Shown here one piece after another: positions 40,565-49,781 of a DNA stretch of 64,000 nt. The position numbers were made by a program, and so were the translations under genes. Under the pieces are notes generated by a model, which did not search any database, had not been told where the DNA came from, and saw only the letters and a program-made list of their open reading frames with translations. Within the stretch, counting starts at the first letter, position 1. Every line of letters starts with the position of its first letter. This DNA is from an uncultured Rhizobium sp. (GTDB lineage: Bacteria > Pseudomonadota > Alphaproteobacteria > Rickettsiales > UBA1997). Where the stretch lies: the NCBI GenBank assembly GCA_964461905.1, contig CAYWVI010000001.1, positions 8,783-72,782 on the forward strand, read 5' to 3'.

Positions 40565-40894
40565 ATGAATTTTCTTAATAAGATCTTTATAAAAGCCTCA
40601 TGCCAAAAAGTTGGAAACGATGAATTTGGTAACGAATATTATACAAATCAAAAAAATGGTAAAAGATTTGTCATTTATAACGGCATAGTTGAACCATCAA
40701 AAATTCCTGCAGAATGGCATGGTTGGATTCATTACAGCACCAATCAAATACCGGTAAATATCAATACTCATAAATTTTCATGGCAAAAAATTCATTTACC
40801 AAATTTAACCGGAACTAAAAACGCACACTCTCCAAAAAATTCCTCTACTAAAAATACCAGTGCTGGTTATGAAGCCTGGAAACCAAACAATTAA
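40565..40894 (+). CDS. NDUFA12-like (NADH:ubiquinone oxidoreductase subunit NDUFA12 family) protein
   Basis: GNDEFGNEYY...KRFVIYNG...IPAEWHGWIHY matches the NDUFA12 family pattern found in alphaproteobacteria and mitochondria. Confidence 0.8.
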   Translation: MNFLNKIFIKASCQKVGNDEFGNEYYTNQKNGKRFVIYNGIVEPSKIPAEWHGWIHYSTNQIPVNINTHKFSWQKIHLPNLTGTKNAHSPKNSSTKNTSAGYEAWKPNN

Positions 40895-40898
40895 TAAC

Positions 40899-41375
40899 AT
40901 GAACAAATCAAATAATTATTTCGAAATTATAGTTGGAACTTTTGTTTTAGTTTGCGCTTTAGTGTTTTTCTTTACTTCATTTAATAAAAGCCAATCTAAA
41001 AACATTAATGGTTATTATTTAGTCGCAAAATTTGATAATGCTGATGGAGTTGCGAATGGAAGCGATGTAAAAATTTCGGGAGTTAAAATTGGAACTGTTG
41101 AAAGTCAGTTATTAGATAATCAGAATTTTAAAGCTTCGTTAAAATTAAAAATTCCAAATGATATTAAACTTCCATCTGATAGCTCAGTAAAAATTGCATC
41201 AGAAGGACTTTTAGGGTCAAAATATCTTTCTATAACTCCGGGTGGAGATGAAGAAAATCTTAAAGATGGAGATGAAATTATCTTCACGCAATCTAGCGTA
41301 AATTTTGAAGAATTACTTGGAAAATTTATTTTCAACTCCACAGAAAAAAAAGATGAAAAAAACAAAGACGATTAA
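40899..41375 (+). CDS. mlaD: outer-membrane lipid asymmetry maintenance protein MlaD (MCE domain)
   Basis: N-terminal TM anchor, then an MCE domain (FDNADGVANGSDVKISGVKIGTVES...SEGLLGSKYLSITPG). Start moved to ATG 40899. Confidence 0.75.
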   Translation: MNKSNNYFEIIVGTFVLVCALVFFFTSFNKSQSKNINGYYLVAKFDNADGVANGSDVKISGVKIGTVESQLLDNQNFKASLKLKIPNDIKLPSDSSVKIASEGLLGSKYLSITPGGDEENLKDGDEIIFTQSSVNFEELLGKFIFNSTEKKDEKNKDD

Positions 41376-41796
41376 CTTATTAATTATTTCAATTTTAGTT
41401 GGATTTTTTGCCACAAATTCTTTTGCTGCTGAAGAAATAACTTCTGCAGAAGAAAACAGCGAAGAATTAAAAGAAGTCACAACTGATTTAGCTAGATTTT
41501 ATAATACTGCAATTTTGCGCGGCTTAAACAAAACCACAGCAAAAACCTCTTCACTAGAAATGAAAATTGAAGATAAAATTCATTTTGGACAAATTTCAAT
41601 AATCGCTCACAAATGCTGGCAAGCACCTTTAGATCAAAAGCCAGAAAGCAAAATTTTAATTGAAGTTTTAGAAAGCAAAAACAACGAGCCAGAACAACGA
41701 ATTTTTTATGGTTGGATATTTGCATCAAGCCCATCAATTTCTGGATTAGAACATCCAATTTATGATTTAACTGCAATTGGCTGCAAAAACAAATAG
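41353..41796 (+). CDS. DUF2155 domain-containing periplasmic protein
   Basis: Signal peptide, then LRGLNKTTAKTSSLEM...FGQISI..HKCW...IFYGWIFASSPSISGLEHPIYDL, matching the DUF2155 pattern that commonly follows mlaD in alphaproteobacteria. Confidence 0.7.
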   Translation: MKKTKTINLLIISILVGFFATNSFAAEEITSAEENSEELKEVTTDLARFYNTAILRGLNKTTAKTSSLEMKIEDKIHFGQISIIAHKCWQAPLDQKPESKILIEVLESKNNEPEQRIFYGWIFASSPSISGLEHPIYDLTAIGCKNK

Positions 41797-41803
41797 CAAA
41801 AAA

Positions 41804-42448
41804 ATGATAAAAATTTCTCCATCAATTCTTTCCGCCGATTTCTCAAAACTAGGCGAAGAGCTGCAAAATATTGACAAAGCTGGCGCAGATTACATTCACA
41901 TTGACGTAATGGATGGAAGCTTTGTTCCCAATATCACAATCGGCAACGAAGTTGTTAAAAATCTACGTAAAAATACCAAACTACCATTTGATGTGCATTT
42001 GATGATTAACAACCCCGACAATCACATTAAAGCTTTTGCTGACGCTGGATCTGACATTATCACAATTCACGCCGAAGCTTCAATTCACTTGGATCGCTCA
42101 GTTGAATTAATAAAATCATTTGGCAAAAAAGCTGGGGTTTCAATTGTTCCATCAACTCATGAAGATGCTCTTGATTACGTTTTAGAAAAGTTAGATCTGG
42201 TTTTGGTTATGACCGTTAATCCCGGATTTGGCGGACAAAAATTTCTCTCTTCGCAATTAAGAAAAATTGAAAATATTCGTAAGAAAATTGAAAAAACTGG
42301 TCGAAAAATTGACCTTGAAGTTGACGGCGGAATTAATGCCGAAACTTTTAAATTAGCAACTTCAGCAGGTGCTGATGTGCTGGTTTCTGGATCCTATATT
42401 TTTGGATCAAAAAGTTACTCTGAAGCAATTTTAAAATTACGCTCTTAG
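41804..42448 (+). CDS. rpe: ribulose-phosphate 3-epimerase
   Basis: ISPSILSADF, HIDVMDGSFVPN and VNPGFGGQKF motifs. Start moved to ATG 41804. Confidence 0.92.
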   Translation: MIKISPSILSADFSKLGEELQNIDKAGADYIHIDVMDGSFVPNITIGNEVVKNLRKNTKLPFDVHLMINNPDNHIKAFADAGSDIITIHAEASIHLDRSVELIKSFGKKAGVSIVPSTHEDALDYVLEKLDLVLVMTVNPGFGGQKFLSSQLRKIENIRKKIEKTGRKIDLEVDGGINAETFKLATSAGADVLVSGSYIFGSKSYSEAILKLRS

Positions 42449-43828
42449 ATGAAATATGTTGTTTACGGTCTTGGAATTTCTGGAATTGCCACGGCAAAAT
42501 TTTTAATCACCCATGGCGAAAAAGTTATTGCCACTGACGACAATTTAAAAGTAGTTGAAGATTCAAAAGAGAAATTTCCAAACATAGATTTCTTAAATCC
42601 AGAAGAAATTGAATATGATTCAAGCACCGTAATAAGCCTCTCTCCGGGAATTCCCTTATATTTTCCAAAACCTCATAAAGTTTTAGAAATCGTTAGAAAA
42701 ACTGGCGCAAAACTTTCTTGCGATATAGAGATTTTTTATAAAAAAAATTCTCAAAATAACTTCATCGCAATTACAGGAACCAACGGCAAATCAACAACAA
42801 CCGCATTATCTGGTTTTATTTTTAAAGAATTAGGAATTGCCTCAGACATTGGCGGAAACATTGGAGTTCCTTGCTTTGACTTACCTCAAAACCAAAATAA
42901 TTTTTCTTATATTTTTGAAACTTCTTCTTATCAGCTCGACCTACTTAACGAAACTCACTTTAAAATCGCAGCACTTTTAAATATAACTCCCGATCACATT
43001 GATCGACACGGATCAATTTCTGGATATATCGAAGCTAAAAAAAGAATTTTTAGAAATCAGACTTTGGGAGATTTTGCTTTAATTGACGTTGATAATGAAA
43101 ATTCAAAAAAAGTTTTTGATGAATTAAAAAATGACAAAAACTTTCGCGCCACTCTTGTTCCAATTTCAACAAATAAAATTCAGGAAAATGGAATTTCGCT
43201 TGTTGAGGGAATTTTAGCCAACAACATTTCTGGCTCTAAATCGCAATTTGAGTTAAAATCAGATTTTTTGCGCGGTCAGCACAATGATCAAAACATGGCT
43301 TTTGCTTTTGGAATAGCCTATTGCCAATCTCTTTTTCAAAAAGAATTCCAAGAAACAAAAATTATTTCTGCCATAAAAAAATTCAAAGGATTGCGCCATA
43401 GAATGCAGCTACTTGGAGAAATTGATGGCATAAATTTTGTTAATGACAGCAAAGCAACAAACGCCGAATCAACCGAAAATGCTTTAAAAGCTTATGATAA
43501 TATTTTTTGGATTTTGGGCGGAGTTCAAAAAGAAGGCGGAATCAAAAGTTTAGAACCTTATTTTAATAAAATTCAGAAAGCTTATTTGATTGGTCAGGCA
43601 AGCGATGAATTTGCAAAAACTTTATCAGCACATTCTGTAAATTTTGAAAAATGCACCGATTTAAACACCGCTTTTAAAAAAGCTTTTTTGGATGCAAAAA
43701 CAATTAGCTTATCTCAAAAAAATATTTTACTTTCGCCAGCCTGCGCATCATTTGACCAGTGGAAAAACTTCGAACAGCGCGGTGATTACTTTTGCAAATT
43801 ATTTGATGAAGTTTACCCAAAATCTTAA
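42449..43828 (+). CDS. murD: UDP-N-acetylmuramoylalanine--D-glutamate ligase
   Basis: Mur ligase P-loop ITGTNGKSTT, DSKATN motif, 459 aa. No other dcw-cluster genes are adjacent. Confidence 0.9.
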   Translation: MKYVVYGLGISGIATAKFLITHGEKVIATDDNLKVVEDSKEKFPNIDFLNPEEIEYDSSTVISLSPGIPLYFPKPHKVLEIVRKTGAKLSCDIEIFYKKNSQNNFIAITGTNGKSTTTALSGFIFKELGIASDIGGNIGVPCFDLPQNQNNFSYIFETSSYQLDLLNETHFKIAALLNITPDHIDRHGSISGYIEAKKRIFRNQTLGDFALIDVDNENSKKVFDELKNDKNFRATLVPISTNKIQENGISLVEGILANNISGSKSQFELKSDFLRGQHNDQNMAFAFGIAYCQSLFQKEFQETKIISAIKKFKGLRHRMQLLGEIDGINFVNDSKATNAESTENALKAYDNIFWILGGVQKEGGIKSLEPYFNKIQKAYLIGQASDEFAKTLSAHSVNFEKCTDLNTAFKKAFLDAKTISLSQKNILLSPACASFDQWKNFEQRGDYFCKLFDEVYPKS

Positions 43829-46800
43829 CAAAATAACAGTTTCAAAAAAAGTATTAAAACGCTTAACCATTTTTTGCGCTTTATCTTTGGGAATTTTTGC
43901 AATTTTTCACGCTCCAAAAAATCTCTCTTCTGCAACATTAAATTATGATTGCGCTCTTCTTGCTGATAATGTTACTGCTGCTCCCGGTTCAAACTGTCTT
44001 TTTAGCGCAATGTCAAAAGATGGTTCAAATGTTTTGCCTTTATGCCGAGAAATTCCTTCTGTTAACTATACAATATCATCTGACAATATTTTACTAAATG
44101 GCGTTAGAAGACATACATGCTCTAACTTAAGCGACTTACCACTTTGCTCAACTTTTAGGGATAGTAGTAATAATTTAACCACTTCAGTTGAGCCAAAAGC
44201 TGGAAAAAATTGTGCTCCTCTTTGCGATAATAGCTTTAATGGAAGCGGAACAAGAGGAGTTGATTATGCAATTCATAATCGTGATTGCATAAGATTTTGT
44301 GATGCCATGGAAGCCGGAACAGAAAGTGCTAATCCAAATATAAATTGTGTTGATCGCAAATGTCATCAGCTTGCAAGTGGAACAACACCAGTTCCAGACA
44401 CCAATTGTTCTTTAATGCCATGTAATCTTCTAACACCATCAGAATTATCAAATGTATCTAAGAGAATTTATGACGACAAAATAGCTGCAAGAACAGTTGG
44501 TAAATACTGTGAAGGACAAACTGACATCTACAACTCACCTCTAAAATGCTATAAATTTAACAAAGATCAGCTTGATTACGTTGTTTTGCCAGAAATTTGT
44601 TCTATACATAACTGCCCTCCTCCATGCGAAAATTATACTTCAAATATTGATACAGATGGAGATGGCTTAATCAATCAATATGACAATGACGAAACTTTAA
44701 ATATTTCTGATCGCAATAGAGATGGTGTTACAGATAGTGATAACAGTTACAGAGAAAAATACAAAACAACGGTAAATGCAGGCTACGAGCTAAACTCAAC
44801 TTCTTATTGCAAGCCAATTTACTGCAAACCAGTAATAAAAAAACAATATCGCTGTGTTAATAATAACGGAGAAATCACAGGAAATAATAACAATGATATA
44901 TATAGAAATAGTAACTGCGATTCATCTGGAGATGGAGCATTATGCGCAAGTAATCTTTGCTATAAAACCATTGATTGCAACTTATCATCAAATGATAACA
45001 AGCCTGAATGTTATGTAGCAGATGATGGATCTATTGGCTCCACCGAAGATACTGTAAATTCATGGTTTTACCGTCCGAGACCATTACATAAAGCAACAAG
45101 AGTTTCTGGATCTGTGCGATTAATAGAAGACATGGAAAGAGGACTTTGCTATACGCAAAACCAGATGAAATCTAGGCGCGATAATTTTGACAATGGTGAA
45201 GCTTTTGACAATGGACGAGGCTCAACATCTGAAGATGGAAAATGGGGTTTAGATATGACAATTAGAATTCCGCTTGGACCAGGTCTTGGATCAATTATTA
45301 TACCTATTGGTTGGTTTCATAGCACATTACTTCCTGATGAAACCAGATCTCCAAAAGCATGCGGAGTTGAAGAAGTAAATACACGTGGAACTGGTTACAT
45401 GTATTTATGCTATGGAGATGGTAATCCTAATTCAGGAACTCTCTATGCCAAAGTTGCAGATCACACAGTTTTTCATAGCGGATATATCAAAACATCTTTC
45501 TCAGAAGGAGATGCAATACATAAGCTTAACCTTTGTTTTAGATTTAGAAACTCTTTTAGACCAGATGATGGCACTTCAGAAACCTGTGGTTCTAGACAGT
45601 GTGGAATTTCTTATGCATTTGGAGAAGGAACCACACAAAACTGCGGATTAGATAGGTGCTTTGATCTGGAGATTTCAGATTCAAATCCAGCCGAATGCGA
45701 AATGGATAGCACTATTTCTGAAGGTGATAGAAGTAGAAGATGTATGAAAACTTATGATACTTATCTAAGACTTAGAATTCAAAAATATGGCAATCGTAAA
45801 ATATGCAGCTTTTTGGATGTTAAAGGACAAACAGCTTATGATAATGGAAGCTCTGCTAGTAGCTTATTTATGAAAGGATCTGAGAAATTTTCTGATGGAT
45901 CTTGTGTTATTGGATCAAAAAGTGGTTCTGGAAATTGTTCTGGATTTAGTAGCTATACAGATCCAACTTTAGCAGAAGTATGGCGCACAATCAAATTTGG
46001 ATCATCTGGCAATATACCATACATTAAAAATAACCAAGTTGATAGTAATGGAACTCAATTACCTGGAAATCTAAAAGGATATTTTGATTTAGAAGGACAA
46101 TTCTTTCCAGAACAAGAATGTATTTATGCCCCACTTCGTACCCCTCCTCCTAGAATATATAATCTTGCTACAATTAACAACTCTACCCGACTTTTTACCC
46201 CTCCAGTTTATATATTAAATGCCATGACTAAAGCTGGATCTGGATTAATATCTCCTAGAGGTTTTGGTGAAAGTTTTGGAGTAACAGATTTTAATTACCC
46301 AGCAATTCAGGTAAATTTTGGCAACACAACTTCTGAAATCAGCCTAGATGCTGGAAAAACTGGCTATGAAGAAAATAGAACTATCAAAACTCTAACCACA
46401 ACAGCTAATCAAAATAATTACTCTGTAAATGTCTTCGTTCGCAAAGAGTTTAACGAAAGTAGCAAAAAACCAACTTTTTGTCTCTATCGCCAAGTAATAG
46501 ATATTAATGGTGTTGAAATTAGACCCGAAAGAATTGGCTGTGTTGAAAGAAAATTACCTGAAATTTACAACTCAACAACTCAACAAAAAGCTGTTATTTA
46601 TCTTGATCCTTCAAGCACATTCAACAGCTCAAAAATTGCCATAAAATTTATGGCTGGATTTGGAGCTGATAATATTGATAGCAACTGTCTTGCTGGAAGT
46701 GATGATATATGCAGCCCTGCAATTAAATTTGAAAATCCAAATTCAACTGTTCCAAATTGCAATTCTGCAATAGTTGATCCTACCGACCTAACAACAATCT

Positions 46801-49757
46801 CTCCTGAAATGTATAATCTTTGCGCAAAACGCGAAGAATGTAGTCAATTAAATGTTGAATGCATGCAAAATGAGATCGACCTACAAGCAGCCAGAGTTGC
46901 TGGTAATAGTGTAGATTCTTATTTAACAGTACGCGATCGTTGCAACAACTTCTTACTCCCTTTATGTAATGCCAAAAAAGGAATCACTGGTCTTGGCGGC
47001 ACATTAACTAATCCAAATCCAAATAACGAAGTTATAAGCCCAACAGCTTATGGATGGTTTAATGAAATTTGCTTTATTTCGGGAGACACAACCAACAGCT
47101 TTGATTCTCATTTAAAACAAGTGTTAGCTTATAAAACCAGTCCAGAAGGTGTTAAAGGAAAATGCATTACAATTGAAGGAGCAAACCAATGTCCAAATGG
47201 TGGTAAAGCTCCAAATTGTAATTGTATTATAGCTAATGAGAACACAGTTATTGATGCAGATAAAGAAGTAAGAACTCAAACTAATAGAGAAGCTGGATTA
47301 TGTGTTGATATGCCTCTACCGCAAACCTGTTCAGCAATAGATTATAACCCTCTTTCAACAATTCCAAGTGACCCTGAGTACTTATACTCATCTCTCAATT
47401 TTACCTCTTACGGCGCAACTCAAAATAATGTAAATAACGTTGTTCATATCTCTCATCAAACAAGAAAAAATGCGACTTCAAATGGCAATGCTGAATTTCC
47501 CATTGCTATTCTTGGCTCAGTTAACATTTCAGGAGCTTGTAATGGTTTTTGGAAAAATAGCATTTCACCTACTACAGGAATTGCCACTCCACCAACAAGA
47601 ACTTGCTTAAATAACAATGGTAACGCTGTTTGGGATACATTAGTAAACAATCCTTGCATCAGATATTCATGCGAAGCAAAAAATACTACAGGAGCAGAAT
47701 CAGAAATAATTGGAGCTAACTATCAAGGCGGTTATGCATCAACTGAAGTTGGAGATAATAAAGGTTCTGCAGATGGATTTGCAACTTGGCCAACATTAAC
47801 AAAAACAACGGATTTTCCAGAAAGTGCCAACGCAATATCTTGCATTCCGGGATTTAAAAAAATTGGATCAACAGCTACAACTTCTGGCACACCAATTAAT
47901 ACTTATCAAACCCAAATAAATGGATATTCTGGAGGAACAACACCAACCAGAGCATGCAATCAAGTTGGTGCTTGGCAAACTCCTGTTAACTCTTGTCAAA
48001 GAATAACTTGCCCAGCTATCAATCCACCAAGCAATCCCACCACTTCTGCTGATTGGGTAAAATGGTACGATGCTGGAGGAGCAAATTATCCACAAACCAA
48101 TGCTTCTAGAAGCACTTCATCTGGAATAGTAGCAATTGGAACGTGCAACACCTCTCTTGGCTTTTATAATCTTGGCGACCCACCAACTCGCAGATGCGAT
48201 TATCTAGGAAATTGGGGTCCAGTTGTTAATCCATGCACTACAAAATGCGATGCAATAACCGCGCCATTTGCCTCTGGATCAAATAACGGTAACGCAACTT
48301 GGGCAGAAACAATTATACCAAATGGATCAGTTGAAGTTGCTGGAACATTTGGTCAATGCCTTAATGGATATGTTCCTTATCCTTACCCACCACTAAAAAA
48401 TAAATATGGAAAATCTTATGATTTTGCACTCGGCAGCATCACAAATTACAGCGTTCCTGGGGTAAACCTAGTTGCTGGATCAGCTGATTACGTAAATTCA
48501 ATACCTCTTGATGTTTCATTAGATGGAACTCAAACCGGAAGAACACCCGGAAATCCAGTTAAATATTGTCGAGCAGTAAGTCATGACGGCATCGTTGTTA
48601 ATAATTGGGCAGCAGCTAATTCTTCCTGCATCGCTGGCTGCCCCGGATATGGGGATGATCCAAGAGTTGGGGTTGGTGTCACTCAACATCCAACAAGAAA
48701 TGGTAAAATTAGCATTAAATGGCCAAATGCAGAATTTGGAACTTGGTATTACATCAGCAGTAGTGACACCATTGGAACTCCAGATTTAAACACTGCAGAA
48801 TTTTTTGGACAAACAGCTGCCGATTTCTCCGAAGGTAGAACCAACAATTCTTATTTACTTGCCAGATTCTGTGGTGATGGAGTTAACAATGGATCAGTAA
48901 AAGGAAAATGGAATGATCCGGTTCCGCAATGCGTTACAAATGGCGGCATTATAACTCAAAATGGAGTTAGCAGTCATGCAACTTATGATACTAGCAGCCC
49001 TCGCAATGGTGTACCGGGTACAGCATCAAAAACCGTAAATATTGGTGACACAGCAACATCAACAACTTGTAGAACAGATGGCAGCTACTACCCTACAGGA
49101 AGCAACACTACTCCTGTCGCAATATCAAGCTATCAATGTATTTACAAATCTGGTAGTTCTAACATTGATGAAATCTATTTTCATCAAGTTGGGGGATCAC
49201 CATGCCAAGTTTATTGCCGACCTCCAGCTAACGATGCTCTATTCAATAATAGCAAATATACTGGAACCCCTGCCGCTCCACAATATACCCAAGTTGGTGG
49301 AACTCTAAATCTTGGCGGATGTCAAAATGGCTATGGCAAAGCGAATGATTCTGACCCAAACACATCTGATAGCTCTTGTGGCAGAAGTAATACTAACAGA
49401 GGTGCCACACCAGTTGTGACCTGTAAAGATAGTGGGCTTTTTGGAGATGTTCAAAATAATTGCACAGCTTGTGCAAATTGCACTGGTGCCGCAGCTGATA
49501 TTTTGTATAATCGCGTTTGTATACGCATAAATTGCAGCGGAGATGATGACCAAGTATTTATGATAAATGACGATAACCGAGCTGATTCTGGTTGTGGAAA
49601 CCCTGGTGATACTACTCTTAAAGTCAATTTTGGTGATTGTAACCATAATCAAACTGGTTGTAGTAGAACATTTACTGGAAATCAGTGTAAACATGCGAAG
49701 CTTGAATATTCATGCAAAGATGGACTGATGTCGAAAGATGTTTTTGAAGCTTATTAA
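43806..49757 (+). CDS. giant secreted cysteine-rich protein (about 1,983 aa) with a TSP3-like Ca-binding stretch and sushi/CCP-like C-terminal modules; function unknown
   Basis: Uninterrupted 6-kb ORF. I use ATG 43806, since the tracked start at 43692 lies inside murD. Sec-type N-terminus KKVLKRLTIFCALSLGIFAIFHA. About 93 Cys by manual count, and no other hydrophobic segment. Confidence 0.8.
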   Translation: MKFTQNLNKITVSKKVLKRLTIFCALSLGIFAIFHAPKNLSSATLNYDCALLADNVTAAPGSNCLFSAMSKDGSNVLPLCREIPSVNYTISSDNILLNGVRRHTCSNLSDLPLCSTFRDSSNNLTTSVEPKAGKNCAPLCDNSFNGSGTRGVDYAIHNRDCIRFCDAMEAGTESANPNINCVDRKCHQLASGTTPVPDTNCSLMPCNLLTPSELSNVSKRIYDDKIAARTVGKYCEGQTDIYNSPLKCYKFNKDQLDYVVLPEICSIHNCPPPCENYTSNIDTDGDGLINQYDNDETLNISDRNRDGVTDSDNSYREKYKTTVNAGYELNSTSYCKPIYCKPVIKKQYRCVNNNGEITGNNNNDIYRNSNCDSSGDGALCASNLCYKTIDCNLSSNDNKPECYVADDGSIGSTEDTVNSWFYRPRPLHKATRVSGSVRLIEDMERGLCYTQNQMKSRRDNFDNGEAFDNGRGSTSEDGKWGLDMTIRIPLGPGLGSIIIPIGWFHSTLLPDETRSPKACGVEEVNTRGTGYMYLCYGDGNPNSGTLYAKVADHTVFHSGYIKTSFSEGDAIHKLNLCFRFRNSFRPDDGTSETCGSRQCGISYAFGEGTTQNCGLDRCFDLEISDSNPAECEMDSTISEGDRSRRCMKTYDTYLRLRIQKYGNRKICSFLDVKGQTAYDNGSSASSLFMKGSEKFSDGSCVIGSKSGSGNCSGFSSYTDPTLAEVWRTIKFGSSGNIPYIKNNQVDSNGTQLPGNLKGYFDLEGQFFPEQECIYAPLRTPPPRIYNLATINNSTRLFTPPVYILNAMTKAGSGLISPRGFGESFGVTDFNYPAIQVNFGNTTSEISLDAGKTGYEENRTIKTLTTTANQNNYSVNVFVRKEFNESSKKPTFCLYRQVIDINGVEIRPERIGCVERKLPEIYNSTTQQKAVIYLDPSSTFNSSKIAIKFMAGFGADNIDSNCLAGSDDICSPAIKFENPNSTVPNCNSAIVDPTDLTTISPEMYNLCAKREECSQLNVECMQNEIDLQAARVAGNSVDSYLTVRDRCNNFLLPLCNAKKGITGLGGTLTNPNPNNEVISPTAYGWFNEICFISGDTTNSFDSHLKQVLAYKTSPEGVKGKCITIEGANQCPNGGKAPNCNCIIANENTVIDADKEVRTQTNREAGLCVDMPLPQTCSAIDYNPLSTIPSDPEYLYSSLNFTSYGATQNNVNNVVHISHQTRKNATSNGNAEFPIAILGSVNISGACNGFWKNSISPTTGIATPPTRTCLNNNGNAVWDTLVNNPCIRYSCEAKNTTGAESEIIGANYQGGYASTEVGDNKGSADGFATWPTLTKTTDFPESANAISCIPGFKKIGSTATTSGTPINTYQTQINGYSGGTTPTRACNQVGAWQTPVNSCQRITCPAINPPSNPTTSADWVKWYDAGGANYPQTNASRSTSSGIVAIGTCNTSLGFYNLGDPPTRRCDYLGNWGPVVNPCTTKCDAITAPFASGSNNGNATWAETIIPNGSVEVAGTFGQCLNGYVPYPYPPLKNKYGKSYDFALGSITNYSVPGVNLVAGSADYVNSIPLDVSLDGTQTGRTPGNPVKYCRAVSHDGIVVNNWAAANSSCIAGCPGYGDDPRVGVGVTQHPTRNGKISIKWPNAEFGTWYYISSSDTIGTPDLNTAEFFGQTAADFSEGRTNNSYLLARFCGDGVNNGSVKGKWNDPVPQCVTNGGIITQNGVSSHATYDTSSPRNGVPGTASKTVNIGDTATSTTCRTDGSYYPTGSNTTPVAISSYQCIYKSGSSNIDEIYFHQVGGSPCQVYCRPPANDALFNNSKYTGTPAAPQYTQVGGTLNLGGCQNGYGKANDSDPNTSDSSCGRSNTNRGATPVVTCKDSGLFGDVQNNCTACANCTGAAADILYNRVCIRINCSGDDDQVFMINDDNRADSGCGNPGDTTLKVNFGDCNHNQTGCSRTFTGNQCKHAKLEYSCKDGLMSKDVFEAY

Positions 49758-49781
49758 TTAATAAAAAATACGAATAATAAT

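Noticed and set aside
43692-43805. N-terminal 38 codons of the tracked 2,021-aa ORF
   Set aside because: They lie entirely within the 3' end of murD in another frame. ATG 43806 is followed directly by a signal-peptide-like sequence.
49305-49694. 129-aa antisense ORF inside the 3' end of the giant gene; similar cases at 44184-44366, 47456-47659 and 47868-48095
   Set aside because: The giant ORF is continuous over 6 kb with a consistent composition, whereas the antisense frames give low-complexity peptides. They are most likely chance ORFs.
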